Source: Carpediemonas membranifera BICM (lineage: Eukaryota > Protista > Fornicata). Taken from it: a DNA stretch of 64,000 nucleotides. The notes below the pieces were generated by a model that searched no databases, had not been told where the DNA came from, and worked only from the letters and a program-made list of their open reading frames with translations. The translations under genes were made by a program, and so were the position numbers. Location of the stretch: the NCBI GenBank assembly GCA_019828565.1, contig JAHDYR010000036.1, positions 77,820-141,819 on the forward strand, read 5' to 3'. Shown here in pieces: positions 32,760-44,736 of the stretch (its first letter is position 1; each line of letters opens with the position of its first letter).

Positions 32760-35700
32760 TCAACTCTGGCTGATCGGGAGCTTCGGCTGAACGGGAAGCA
32801 GACTTCTTGTCAGCCACCGAGGGTCGAAGCAGCTCCGAACCCGCATCGTCGGCGGCGGGGTGGCTCTGAATGACGGCATTGCAAGTCTAATGAAGACGTC
32901 GCGGTCGGCAATGCGCACACGGACGGGCATATCGATAATCTGAGGCAACGACGGGGGCAGAATCTCAACGTATCTGACTGAATCTGCGAGATACGACTCA
33001 GCGAATGAGTTATCAATCAGACACAGCTCTCTGAAGGTCTCCTGGGCGGCCGAGTCGTCCTCAAGGTGTGTGAGCATTAGGCCCTTGAGAAGGAGTGCAG
33101 ACGTGTTGTTTGCGAACGCCGGGCTTGATACAAGGAGATCCAGGGCATGGTTGTACTGCTCCAGCTGGAGGTATGCGACCATCTTGTTCAGGATGAGCTG
33201 TTGCGACGGTGCAGAGATGCCGTCTGCAGATGCTGCCAGTGCAATGGCCCTATCGTAGTCTTCCAATGCTGATTGGGCGTTCCCGATGCAGTGTTGCACG
33301 ACGCCCCTTACCGCGTGGACGAAGGCGAGGTGGGTGACGCGGCCGTCTGCCGCAGCCTTGACAGCGGCCTTGGTCGTCGTGTGCGTGGGGGAAAAGATGC
33401 CCGCATACGCGCCAGACGAATGAATTGCCGGAGACGGCAGGACTGACCCGACTGCGGGCACTGAGGTCCGTCTGGGTGATGGTTGCGGCGTGCTACCCTC
33501 TCTTGGCCTGTGGGGAGTGTCCTGTATCCGCTGCGCCCTGGATAGTACGTTTGACTCCGCTCCGACGAAGTGCCAGGGGTACGAGAGAGTTGGGTCGACG
33601 AGTTGGCCCGTCTGCACAGTCTTAACATGCGTGTCCTTCGCTGTCTCAGATGCCAGCAGGGAGTTGAGCTTCCTCAGAACCTGCAGGACGAACCTGTTGG
33701 TGTTCTTAGGATCCACGGGTCCAGCAAAGTCTAGGGGGCAGTCAAACAATGATGCAATCAATCCAGCGACGTCCCGGTCGAATAGGAAAGCCCTGGCTGC
33801 TGGGTGCTGCTGGACGACGGTGTTCATCGACGAACAGGCGGCCGTCCACTTGCCGAGCTCCAGCTGGATGCGGGCGACACATACGTAGGCCCTGACGCTG
33901 CGGGGATACTCTTTGATCGCCTCCTGGTATGACGCAAGGGCGTCTGTGAGCTTACCGCACCACCACTCAACGTCGGCCTTCTCACACAGACGCACAGCCT
34001 TCTCGCGGCCCTCGGGTGCATGCCTGACCGCCCTCGTGAGGTCGGCGATCGCAGTAGACAGTCGGCCGGCTGTGTGGTGGAGCCGTCCTCTCATCGACAG
34101 GACAAGCGATAGGGCTTCCTTGTCTGGCTCGAGGGAGGCTAGTCCGCGCACCGTTTGAGCGAACGGCGGCGGTGTCATCGTTGAGTAGGACGGCGTACAG
34201 GACACGCTCTCGGTCATCTCGGTGTCACTGTACAGCCGGTCCGTGGGTGGCTCCGAGATGTCCAGAGGCGTGTGACTGCTGTCGGGTGTTACTGAGGGCG
34301 CTAGCTCGCTGTACGTCCTGCTCTCAGGCCGGTCATACGCCAGCATCATCGCCTGGAGGTCCGCGTTGAGGTCTGCGATGTGGCTCAAGCTCGTATCAGC
34401 CCTCTGTGCCAAAGCTCTTGGTGTCAGCGCCTCTGCTACTGGGGTACGGGAGGCGGCGCGGGTCGAGCTCTGGCTCTTCTTGGCGGGCTCAAGCTGAGTG
34501 ATGATCTCTGTCAGCGACTCGATGGCAGAGTCGAGATCATCCCTCCCTATGAGATCGGCTAGGGCTGCGGCCACCAGATAGTCGGTCACTTTGCCCTGGC
34601 TGGTCGTAGCCGCGCTCTGGATGGACGCGGCGGCCTCCTTCCCCCGTCCCAGAGAAGCGAGGAGGAAGCCCTTGATGAAGTGCATCGTGTGCAGCTGCTT
34701 AGTGGGATCGGGGCCGGCGTCCGTGTATCTGTCCCAGTCCATTCGGGCCCGGTCAATCTCAACCTCGCACTTGGCGATGGCGGCGTCGACCTCAACCAGG
34801 GCCCCCTCCATTGTATCGGGCACAAGGTCTTGGTCACCAAAGACGACCGCCAGTGCCTTGTAAACATGCGGCTGTGGTTCGTTGGGCATGATGTTGCTGG
34901 CCTTCGCGAAGATGTTGTAGGCCTTGGCGTTCTTACCCTCATCCATCGCCTGAAGGCCGGCTGCCATCGCGTTGTTAAACTGCACGTGAGGCTGACCAGC
35001 CAGGCCGGGGTCGAGCTTTCCAGCCTGGGTGATGGATCTAATAGCAGCGGTAAGATTGTTGGATCGCATTGCAAGATATGATCTGCATAGATACGCCATT
35101 GCTGGTGCGTCAGGCCTCGACAGGAGCGAGTCAACGATGGTCTCAGCCCGACCGAGTCGCCCCACTTGCATGTGGCGCACAGCCTGTGCCAGCTGCACCT
35201 GGGCATGGGCCCGGGTGTCTGAGGCTGACCCGAGGATGCCCAGGGCTGCCTGGACTTTGCCCTGGTGGAGGGCACACTCGCCCAAGTCAGTCACAGCCTC
35301 AGGGAACCGGGAGCACTTTAGCGCAAGCAGGCCGCGCAGGTCCTCTTCGGCGCCAGCCCAGTCCCTTCGCCGCATGAGCAGTGAAGCTCTCAGGCGAAGC
35401 ACTACAGGGTCGTCGCAGACACCCTGGGGGTTGAATGTGGCGCTCAGCTCAGCTGACTTGGTGTATGCGGTAAATGCCTCGTCATCGTCATCTAGAGCTT
35501 CGAATGTCTCGCCCATGTGGCGACGGATATCGGCCACGCGAGAGTCGACCTCAAGAGCCTTACGATAATAGGTCAGCGCCTTCCTGAAGGCCCCTAGATT
35601 ATGACTTACTCGACCCAAACCGTCGAGTGCGAGGCATCTGAGGCTGTGTAGGAAAGCAGTGACATTGCCACCGTGGGCATTGGGGACAAAGATGGTCGCC

Positions 35701-36422
35701 ACCATGGAGAACACCTTCCTCGTTGTCAGCTGCTGGCTGGTCTCCTTCTCGACTCTGCTGAAGTCGACGAGGGCCTTATCCGTGAGATTGAGATACAGCT
35801 GGACGTTGGCTCGGGCAAGACAAGCGAGATAGTGGTGGGGGCGGAGCTTCAGCGCCCCAGACAGACGCCGCATGGCTGCCTGCATCTGTCCGGCGAGTAT
35901 GTCGCACTGCGCGTGGATGCAATAGGCGAAACATCTGTCCAATGCGGGGGCGTCGCTGGACCACACGGCCTCAGCATCCGCTACGGCGCGGTCCAGTCGG
36001 CCGAGAAGAACATAGAGCGCTGAACGCAGCACACGGAGAATGGAGATGTTGTTGTACAGTTTGGCGGCGTTGTTGACTTCTGCAAGGGCCTCGGGAAGCT
36101 CGTTGTTTTGAACGTGAAGCTTGGCGTAGTAAATGAACCGGCCGTAGTCATGGCGTGTCTTGTCAAGTTCTATTGATGCGTTAACATCCGGGGACATGGG
36201 CGGTAATGACTTGATGGTGGAGGAGGGCTGTGGCTCGTCGTTCATCGCGCAGATCTGATGAACCATGTCCTGTGCGAACTGAGAGGAGGTCTGGATCATC
36301 TCTAAAGTTGATATTGACGGGAATGAACGCATATGACGAGGCTTTGGGCGTGTAGCTAACCTCGCTGTTCGCTGCGATTTCTGGGAATTCCGCAGGTTAA
36401 TGTTCGTGTCGACCCGCATCAT
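32760..36422 (-). CDS. Large multi-TPR protein
   Basis: Many TPR-like helices (e.g. RANVQLYLNLTDKALVDFSR, RGRLHHTAGRLSTAIADLTRAV). Start placed at MMRVDT to avoid overlap with the next gene. Confidence 0.8.
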   Translation of the reverse strand: MMRVDTNINLRNSQKSQRTARLATRPKPRHMRSFPSISTLEMIQTSSQFAQDMVHQICAMNDEPQPSSTIKSLPPMSPDVNASIELDKTRHDYGRFIYYAKLHVQNNELPEALAEVNNAAKLYNNISILRVLRSALYVLLGRLDRAVADAEAVWSSDAPALDRCFAYCIHAQCDILAGQMQAAMRRLSGALKLRPHHYLACLARANVQLYLNLTDKALVDFSRVEKETSQQLTTRKVFSMVATIFVPNAHGGNVTAFLHSLRCLALDGLGRVSHNLGAFRKALTYYRKALEVDSRVADIRRHMGETFEALDDDDEAFTAYTKSAELSATFNPQGVCDDPVVLRLRASLLMRRRDWAGAEEDLRGLLALKCSRFPEAVTDLGECALHQGKVQAALGILGSASDTRAHAQVQLAQAVRHMQVGRLGRAETIVDSLLSRPDAPAMAYLCRSYLAMRSNNLTAAIRSITQAGKLDPGLAGQPHVQFNNAMAAGLQAMDEGKNAKAYNIFAKASNIMPNEPQPHVYKALAVVFGDQDLVPDTMEGALVEVDAAIAKCEVEIDRARMDWDRYTDAGPDPTKQLHTMHFIKGFLLASLGRGKEAAASIQSAATTSQGKVTDYLVAAALADLIGRDDLDSAIESLTEIITQLEPAKKSQSSTRAASRTPVAEALTPRALAQRADTSLSHIADLNADLQAMMLAYDRPESRTYSELAPSVTPDSSHTPLDISEPPTDRLYSDTEMTESVSCTPSYSTMTPPPFAQTVRGLASLEPDKEALSLVLSMRGRLHHTAGRLSTAIADLTRAVRHAPEGREKAVRLCEKADVEWWCGKLTDALASYQEAIKEYPRSVRAYVCVARIQLELGKWTAACSSMNTVVQQHPAARAFLFDRDVAGLIASLFDCPLDFAGPVDPKNTNRFVLQVLRKLNSLLASETAKDTHVKTVQTGQLVDPTLSYPWHFVGAESNVLSRAQRIQDTPHRPREGSTPQPSPRRTSVPAVGSVLPSPAIHSSGAYAGIFSPTHTTTKAAVKAAADGRVTHLAFVHAVRGVVQHCIGNAQSALEDYDRAIALAASADGISAPSQQLILNKMVAYLQLEQYNHALDLLVSSPAFANNTSALLLKGLMLTHLEDDSAAQETFRELCLIDNSFAESYLADSVRYVEILPPSLPQIIDMPVRVRIADRDVFIRLAMPSFRATPPPTMRVRSCFDPRWLTRSLLPVQPKLPISQS

Positions 36423-36531
36423 GGCGAGCATGCCGGTAGTCGCTGGGCCAGTCGCTGGAAGGCTACAGGTGCATAGTTTCATGACGAATATTTCCTCTTC
36501 CAGTGGCAAGCATCTCGAACGAATCCTCAGA

Positions 36532-38112
36532 ATGGAGCGGCGAAGAGCCCCCTTCACCGAAGAGAACGTTGAGAGTAAGGAACTTGCATCGCTTGGGCAA
36601 GCGTATGAGTCGTTATGCAGCAGTCATGGGCCGCAATCGACCGAAGCACGCGCTAAGAAGCATGAGGTTGCAATCGCGGCAGTACGGATCGCCAAACGAT
36701 CTGTTGATAGATGTTTGTACCCCGCGCAACGATTCTTTGGTTATACAGCTAACATTGGTCATGCTCGGTCGCTTCTTTCTTGGCTGGACGAAGAAACCAG
36801 CCCTGACATGGCCGATTCATGGCCCAGCCACGAGCACAGGATGCGCATTAGAGCAGCGACAGCGCATCTCCTTGCGAAGATAGAATCCAACCCCGACGAG
36901 GCTGTCGCCCACCTCAATCGTGCGCTCAAGCTTGAGTCGAGACTGAAGCTACGCCCGTCAATCGCATCGACACACCTCAAGCTGGCGTCACTAGATGCAG
37001 CAGCGGGACGGCACGTGAAGGCAACCCAGCATTGCACGTCTGCTGTCGAGACGCTCGATTACTCCTCGGCGCCCGTCAGCCTGCTCCTTACGGCCCTTCA
37101 CAACCTTGCCATAGCACACCAGATGCAGGGGAGGACCAGGTTGGCACTCAGCCCAGTCCGGAGGGCGTATGAGCTTGCCATCCGACACCTTGGAGAGGAC
37201 GCCGAGCAGACGAAGACGATCAACCGCACCTTGAAGAAGATCCTCAGCGCTAGCACGGCTGACCCTGCTACTCCGACCACACCGGTCACACGCGGTGCAG
37301 ACCGGCCTTCTGTCCGCACTCTACTGGGCACATCCAGCCGGCCCTCGTCGCCGTTCACCCACAACCGCCGTGGACGCAAGTTCGACCCGGATTCACCCGT
37401 GATGATGGACCTCCATGTCGACCCCTCGGCCCCGCGCTGGGCCCGGGGCATGTCACCCCTGCCCTTTGCTCATGGATCAGAGTTTATCAGATCCCGGTCA
37501 CAGTCGATTGAGTCGATACTGACCATGCCCGGTATGTCAGAGACGCCGCAGCTGCTGGGGTCGGCATCAGCCTCATCACTGCCCGACAGCACGCCGCCCA
37601 CGGTTACCGGGATACGGCCACAGTTTGACAGCCCCCTCCGACAAGTGGAGCCATCTCATGCTGATGACGGCCGCACGATGGTCAGCAGGCCCGGGGACAA
37701 GGGCGCTAATGCCCAGTCACCCGCCCCGAGTCGCCTCAGGGAGGTCTGCCCCGCTCCCGCCGAGACTCAGCTGGCAATGGCCGGTAGCTCCCCGGCACAT
37801 ATGCAGACGGAGGCCGAGACCGTCCCCCTTGCAAGCCAGACTAGGCCCCAGCTGACGACTGCAACGACTCAAACCGACCCAGTCATGGTAGACCGTGGCA
37901 GTGACCCGGTCAATGTCGAACACGAGACACAGCTGAGGCCCGGCACGGGCTCTAGTAGGGCCAGCACTGGACGGAGGGACGGCTACCAACACTTTGTGGT
38001 CGGCAACTCTACCGTCGCCGTGCCGATGTCTCGTGTTTGGACCACACCCACACACCATGGGATGGGCGACTCCCAGTCACCGCTCCGGACACCGAGGCTG
38101 GGAGTTCAATGA
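36532..38112 (+). CDS. TPR-containing protein with long disordered S/P/T-rich C-terminus
   Basis: ALHNLAIAHQMQGR...AYELAIRHLGEDAEQT resembles a kinesin-light-chain-type TPR. Start inferred. Confidence 0.7.
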   Translation: MERRRAPFTEENVESKELASLGQAYESLCSSHGPQSTEARAKKHEVAIAAVRIAKRSVDRCLYPAQRFFGYTANIGHARSLLSWLDEETSPDMADSWPSHEHRMRIRAATAHLLAKIESNPDEAVAHLNRALKLESRLKLRPSIASTHLKLASLDAAAGRHVKATQHCTSAVETLDYSSAPVSLLLTALHNLAIAHQMQGRTRLALSPVRRAYELAIRHLGEDAEQTKTINRTLKKILSASTADPATPTTPVTRGADRPSVRTLLGTSSRPSSPFTHNRRGRKFDPDSPVMMDLHVDPSAPRWARGMSPLPFAHGSEFIRSRSQSIESILTMPGMSETPQLLGSASASSLPDSTPPTVTGIRPQFDSPLRQVEPSHADDGRTMVSRPGDKGANAQSPAPSRLREVCPAPAETQLAMAGSSPAHMQTEAETVPLASQTRPQLTTATTQTDPVMVDRGSDPVNVEHETQLRPGTGSSRASTGRRDGYQHFVVGNSTVAVPMSRVWTTPTHHGMGDSQSPLRTPRLGVQ

Positions 38113-38192
38113 TGATACTATAGCATGATTTACTGAATAGACCCGACGGCTCAGTATTATTGTCAAACCGATAATAAAAGCCGATTTAAAAC

Positions 38193-39203
38193 TTACCCTG
38201 CTGGGTTCCATATGATCTCGGCGAGCGGTGCTTGTATGAACAGCAGCGGCAGGTACCCGGCCAACCCGACCAGGCTCACACTCGCCATGAGCCCTGCGCC
38301 CAGCCCGAACTCCTGGCTCATCCCGAATACTGTGCGGGCCAAGGGGAGCGTGGCGACGACAATGACGGCGACGGCGTCCCTGGTGCGAGGAATGCCGAGA
38401 ACCATCATGACCAAGCTCATCGTGAGGAATGATAGGATGTGCCGCAGGAAGAGGAGACTGAGTATCTTGGCGGCGTCGCTCCTGCTGGGGAAGAGAAGCT
38501 TGAAGTCAAACGTTGCTCCGAGGGCAAACAGACCTGTGGCCGTGAGACTCTTGCCCATTGTGGTCCCGACGTCGACCAGGACAGATGGGAGGCTGATACC
38601 GGCCAGTGACAGCAATATTCCAGCTATAACACACAAGAACATGGGGTTGGCGACGACTTTCCTCACAGTTCGGGTCAATAGGCGGGCCGTCTCCTTGGGG
38701 GTCTTGGATCCGGCACCCAGCTCCTGTCTGGCCTTGTAATACTCGCACAGTGCCCATAGTACCGGTAGTGTGATGGCTCTGTCGACGGTGCTGCTGATGG
38801 CATTGATGTAGATGTACTCAGAGCCGAGCAGACTGTCGACTACGGGTATCCCGAGCGCTATAGTGTTTCCCCACGTCATGCAGGTGTATCCCATGAAAAA
38901 AGCAGGGATGGAGAGGCTCTTGGCTGCCCAGAGCACGGGTAATAAGGCTGCAATGTTGGCAAGGCGGAACACGACGAAGACCAGCAGAAGCCGCTTATCG
39001 AGGGTGTAGAAATCAGTTTCAGCCATTAGCTTCAGGAGTAGAAGCGGCGCTGCGGCTCGGGTTGCAAAGCTGTTCACTCCAAAGACCATGCGGTTGTCAA
39101 AAGTGCCTGTTATGCGGCGATAGGCGAAGCCTATGCCAAGGAAGGTGAATATGTACAGCTCAACTTCAAGGATACGAAGGATGAGCTCTGCGGTGAGGGC
39201 CAT
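38193..39203 (-). CDS. Second AEC/PIN-like membrane transporter
   Basis: WGNTIALGIP, NPMFL, GLFALG, TLPLA and about 10 hydrophobic segments. Confidence 0.85.
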   Translation of the reverse strand: MALTAELILRILEVELYIFTFLGIGFAYRRITGTFDNRMVFGVNSFATRAAAPLLLLKLMAETDFYTLDKRLLLVFVVFRLANIAALLPVLWAAKSLSIPAFFMGYTCMTWGNTIALGIPVVDSLLGSEYIYINAISSTVDRAITLPVLWALCEYYKARQELGAGSKTPKETARLLTRTVRKVVANPMFLCVIAGILLSLAGISLPSVLVDVGTTMGKSLTATGLFALGATFDFKLLFPSRSDAAKILSLLFLRHILSFLTMSLVMMVLGIPRTRDAVAVIVVATLPLARTVFGMSQEFGLGAGLMASVSLVGLAGYLPLLFIQAPLAEIIWNPAG

Positions 39204-39631
39204 GCATCTGAGCTCATGATCAATTTTTACAGACCAAGAACTGGGCGCAGTCAGCCAGAAGGCTCCCACTGGTCAGGCGACCGGGTGGTTACTGGGACTG
39301 TCTGGGACGGGGTCCAGCGGATCCACCAGCCCTGAAGCTCCTCCTCACTCTGAAGTTGCCCTGAATCAAGGCGAGATAAAGATCAAACTTGAACGATGCA
39401 GGGGTCCAGTCCGTGACCAGGGCCTTGCTTGCGGCAGCCAGGATCTTAATAAGGCGGTCGAAGCCGTCAGCGAGGATGCATGATAAAATGATCTCTTCAT
39501 ATTCCATATTCCTGCCGCACCGGGTCAGAGGCCCGTCCTGGCAGAACGCATGGCTCGGGTGGCCAGTAAGCGATCTGACCAGACTTGACCTGTCGAAAGT
39601 GATCGTGGAAGATTGACGACGATCGGTGGCT

Positions 39632-42600
39632 ATGAGCAGGATCGCTACGATGATGCGTCTCCTGGTAGTGATAGTGCTTATCGTGTCCCTGATCGCTCCT
39701 GTTTCAGGCAAGGATGCTTCATACCACCTCACTGCTGCCAACAGCCACCCGAACGACGGATTTGGCTGGGCCATTGCCCTTGACGGCGAGGTCATGGTTG
39801 TTGGAGCCATTGGCACCGAGTCAGAGAAAGGCAGCGTATACGTCTTCACCAAGGACTTGGGCAAAATTGCGTGGAGCCAGCAAAAGCAGCACCACGCCAG
39901 CAACGGCCACGCGCAGGACAACTTCGGCAGTGCTGTCCGCCTAGACGATAGCTGGCTCATAGTTGGGGCCAGCCACTTCTCAAACGGCCAGGGCGCTGTG
40001 TACACGTTCGAGCGTGACGGGCTGAAATTCACCCAGACCCAGATGCTGCAAGCCAGCAACAAGGCTGACGCCGCCAACTTTGGCTATGCATTGGATCTGG
40101 AGGGGAACACCCTTCTTGTAGGCCAGCCCTACCTCGCCAAGACGACGGGGACGGGCACGTTTGACGCCTACGTCTTCACCCTCTCTGGCGGGGAATGGAG
40201 CAGTGAAGCCAAGCTGTCTGCACGCAGCGCCAGCCTCACCATGCAATATGGCCGGTCTGTGGCCCTCAGTGGCGATTTTGCTTTCATCGGCGCTCCCCGT
40301 AGCGGTAATAACGGTGCTGTCTACGTCTGGAACCATGACGGCAAGAGATGGTACAACAACCTACTGTGGCAGGGTTACGTCGCCGGCGAGCAGTTCGGCA
40401 CGGCTGTAGCGACCGACAATGCCCGGGTCGCCATCGGAGCGCCCTACTGCTCCCACAGCGGCAAGGGAGGAGACGGGTATGGTCTATATTTATAACCTGG
40501 CGAGCGGGTCATGGAAGGAGGAGCAACAGGTCTCGGCCCCCGACCCCAATGCGAAGGATCACTTCGGCAGCTCGGTTGGGGTGTTCGGACATTACCTGAC
40601 GATCGGAGCCCCGCTCGACGACGGCGACGCCACCGACAGCGGGGCTCTCTACCTCTACAAGCACGTCGGATCATGGGCATACAATCAGAAGATGGCGCCC
40701 ATCTCTTCGCTGGGGAACCAGGCCCACCTTGGCAACGCCGTCTTCATGGATAAGAACATGATCGTCGCCGGGGCCGTAGATGAGAGCACCGGGGCCGGAG
40801 CCGTCTACACTGACGAGGAGGTATGCCCACCGGGCACATTCGCCTCTGACGAGCAGACCTGTACCGCCTGCCCGACCGGCCAATATTCGGGTGAGGATGC
40901 GTTGGAATGCATCAAGGCATCGCCGGGGTATCACGTCACTGGTGATGACCACACGAAGCAACGGCCTTGTCATAACGGCAAATACCAGCCGAAGGAGGGC
41001 CAGAGCGCGTGTGTCGAGGCCTCGGCGGGATTCCATGTCCCCGACGACGGCAAGGCTCACGCCGCGCAGGACTATTGTGACAACGGAACGTGGCAGGCTA
41101 AGACCGGTCAGGCCAACTGTGACCCGGCGGACAAGGGGTATCACGTGCCGAAGGACAGTCGACCACACGCGACACAGGACCCGTGTGACATGGGCGGGAA
41201 GTACCAGGACGAGACTGGCAAGAGCGGCTGCAAGACCACCAGCGCTGGCTACTACCGTGCCGACGATACTGCTGCAAAGACGCCTCACCCGACGCAGCTG
41301 CCATGCTACAACGGCAAGTACCAGCCGAAGGAGGGCCAGAGCGAATGCGTGGTAGCCAGCAAGGGCTACTTCGTGCCCGACAAGGCCGAGGCCCATCCGA
41401 GCCAGACAGCCTGTGCCAAGGGCAAGCACCAGGACGCGGTCGGTCAGAGTCACTGTGTCACGTGTGAGTCGGGTTATTACACTAACGTCACCGCGACGGT
41501 CGACTGCAATCCTGCTACAGCCGGGTGGTATGTTTATGACGGCAACCACGGTGAGCAGGTGGTGTGTGACAGTGGCATGTACCAGCCTAAACCTGCACAG
41601 AGCAAGTGTCTCGAGACCCAGCCCGGGTACTATGTTCCTGACGACGGTGAACCCCACCTTCGTCCCATCCCGTGCCCAGACGGCCAGTACCAGGACAAGC
41701 CGCACGAGACGCGGTGTACCATGTGCCCCATCGGCCACTATGCCCCCACTACAGGCGAGGCCGACTGTCTGCCCGCCAGAGCCGGTTACTACGTGCCAGA
41801 CAGCGACCGAGCCGAGGAGCTGCCATGCGATGACGGAAAGTACCAGCCTAATGAAGGCCAGGACAGTTGCTTAACAGCGGACAAGGGTTGTTTCGTCCCA
41901 TCCGATGGGAAACCGCATGCAACCCAGGACTATTGTGACAACGGCACGTGGCAGGCCAAGACCGGTCAGGCCAACTGTGACCCGGCGGACAAGGGGTATC
42001 ACGTGCCGAAGGACAGTCGACCACACGCGACACAGGACCCGTGTGACATGGGCGGGAAGTACCAGGACGAGACTGGCAAGAGCGGCTGCAAGACCACCAG
42101 CGCTGGCTACTACCGTGCCGACGATACTGCTGCAAAGACGCCTCACCCGACGCAGCTGCCATGCTACAACGGCAAGTACCAGCCGAAGGAGGGCCAGAGC
42201 GCGTGTGTCGAGGCCTCGGCGGGATTCCATGTCCCCGACGACGGCAAGGCTCACGCCGCCCAGGACTATTGTGACAACGGAACGTGGCAGGCTAAGACCG
42301 GTCAGGCCAACTGTGACCCGGCGGACAAGGGGTATCACGTGCCGAAGGACAGTCGACCACACGCGACACAGGACCCGTGTGACATGGGCGGGAAGTACCA
42401 GGACGAGACTGGCAAGAGCGGCTGCAAGACCACCAGCGCTGGCTACAACCGTGCCGACGATACTGCTGCAAAGACGCCTCACCCGACGCAGCTGCCATGC
42501 TACAACGGCAAGTACCAGCCGAAGGAGGGCCAGAGCGAATGCGTGGTAGCCAGCAAGGGCTACTTCGTGCCCGACAAGGCCGAGGCCCATCCGAGCCAGA

Positions 42601-44516
42601 CAGCCTGTGCCAAGGGCAAGCACCAGGACGCGGTCGGTCAGAGTCACTGTGTCACGTGTGAGTCGGGTTATTACACTAACGTCACCGCGACGGTCGACTG
42701 CAATCCTGCTACAGCCGGGTGGTATGTGAAAGACGCTGATCACACGCAGCAGCTGGTGTGTGATGACGGCCACTATCAGCCAGAGTCAGCCAAGGCCGTC
42801 TGCATCGAGTCTGCCCCCGGCTACTACGTCCCTGACGACAACAAGCCCCACCTACAGCAGACACAATGCGCGCCAGGGTCCTTCCAACCGGACCGAGCCC
42901 AGCCGTCCTGCCCAACGTGCGGTGTCGGCAACTACACGACTGACCCGACACAGGTGGCCTGCAAGATGGCGGACCCTGGGTGGTTCGTGAGCGATTCAGA
43001 CCACACGCGAGAGCTCCCATGCTTCGATGGCAAGTATCAGCCCGACAGAATGCAGGACCGTTGTGTCATCGCGAGCAAGGGCCACTACGTCCCCAACGAC
43101 GGCCAACCCCACCCGGCCCAGACCCCGTGCGACCTGGGCTATCACCAGACCTACACCGGGATGAGTATGTGCGACCCTTGCCTGACCGGCCGCTACTCTG
43201 ACGAGACCGGCATGACCGACTGCAAGCTGTCAGATCCAGGGTACTACGTGCTCGACACTGACCACACGAGGCAACGGTGGTGCGTCAATGGCACGTATCA
43301 ACCGGCCGCGGAGACTGACGGCTGCTTAGATGCAGACGCTGGGTATCACGTCCCTAGAAACGCCTCGGCGGTCCAATATCCGTGTAATGCCGGCCAGTAC
43401 CAGCCTGAACACGGCAAGGAGTTCTGCCTCGACACGACGCCGGGCTACTTCGTCCCCAACGACGGGCAGCCCCACATCTACGCCCAGGCCTGCGATGGTG
43501 GCCGCTTCCAGCCCATTTCCCACGCCAGTAGCTGTGAGTTCTGCCCCGCCGAGTCCAGCACGCCCGACGACGACCAGCCGCACAAGTCGTGCGTGCGCTG
43601 GGTCCCCGTGGCGCCCAAGATCGACGCCAAGGACCGCATGGTGATCGAATCGTCCGTCATGAACGAGACTGTGGCGACGGTGGCGTTCGGCAAGGAGACC
43701 AACCCCTGCCAGCTGGTGCAGACGGCCGACGGCAACACTACGATCATCCCAGTTGTCACGGAGCCGACGGTCAAGGCCGGTACTTACCCGATGAAGCTGG
43801 CCTACTCCGACGGCACTGCCGCCACGATCAACGTCAACGTCCCGACGGATTACACCATCCCCGAGGCCCGGACGTCGCTCAAGGGCGTCGTCATGCAGAC
43901 CAGAGTCAACAGCACCATCTGCCCCGCCTCCATGACCGCCAGCCTGCTCGGGCCGACTGGGTTGACGGCCGCGGAGGTGGCCGACGACGGCACCGCGGTC
44001 TGTATTGCCCAGCAGGAGATCGACGCAGCCATCCTCACGGCCAAGCTGATCCCCGAGATGGAGCAGTCGCCGACGAACGTGTGTGCCCAGCTGCACGACG
44101 TGACGTTCAACTCGACTGAGCAGATCGGCATGCTCGCTGCAGGCGTGGAGCTCGCGCCCTATCTTGACGAGTTCGGCCGGCTCTGCGCCAGTACCGGGGC
44201 GGCCCATGTAGCCGTGAAGGAGGGAACTGACGCGAAGGAGGACGGCGACAACTACGTTTACGTCAGTCTCGACGGCCGCAGCTTCATCAGGGTCGTCATG
44301 GACAACTATGACCCTGCCTCAAGCCCCGACGCCGGCTCCAGCCCAGGCATGGCCGTCATCGTCGGTGGGTTCCTCCTCATCGGGGCATTCGTTGCTGTGT
44401 TCATTTCCGCCGTGGGCATGATAGCTGCGGTCGTTGTCTTTGGGGCGATCCATCAGCACCGGGCCCAGGACGGGATGAGGAAGCGGGTCAAGGTCAAGTA
44501 CGCTAGATTGGAGTAG
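39632..44516 (+). CDS. Surface protein: signal peptide, FG-GAP beta-propeller, Cys-rich (GCC2/GCC3-like) repeats, TM; +1 frameshift at about 40465
   Basis: FGWAIALDG/FGSAV/FGYAL...VGA repeats in ORF 39626-40495 continue in ORF 40419-44516. Deleting one G of GGG 40465-67 gives ...HSGKEETGMVYIY. CxxGxYQ repeats, then TM and a YARL tail. Confidence 0.85.
40983..42727 (+). repeat. Near-identical intragenic duplications in the Cys-rich stalk
   Basis: 40983-41533 matches 42177-42727 (offset 1194, about 2 mismatches); 41067-41342 matches 41925-42200 (offset 858). Confidence 0.9.
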
Positions 44517-44736
44517 CCGGGTGGCATCTTTCATAAAGTACCTTATTTCACTCAGCCCATTTCAGGTGACCCCATGGTTGGAAAGAGGGCACAAGTCACC
44601 GAATCAACGGTCACCCGCCAACTGGCGGCCAGGCCAGGCATGCTCAAAGTCAGCCATACCATCATTTGTGGAGCGGGGTCCATGCGGCATAATGGTACAA
44701 ATCCAAGGTCAAGAGAAATCCAGGCTGACAGAACTC

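Noticed and set aside
36400-36557. Head-to-head overlap of two TPR genes
   Set aside because: The overlap disappears with downstream ATGs (36422 on minus, 36532 on plus). The same holds for UPF2 and the Snu23-like gene at 14332.
39289-39620. Small minus-strand ORF (MEYEEIILSC...)
   Set aside because: No recognisable motif and mostly an extension of a shadow ORF; cannot be supported.
40983-42727. CRISPR array or prophage repeats
   Set aside because: These are in-frame coding repeats of a eukaryotic Cys-rich protein with no repeat-spacer structure.
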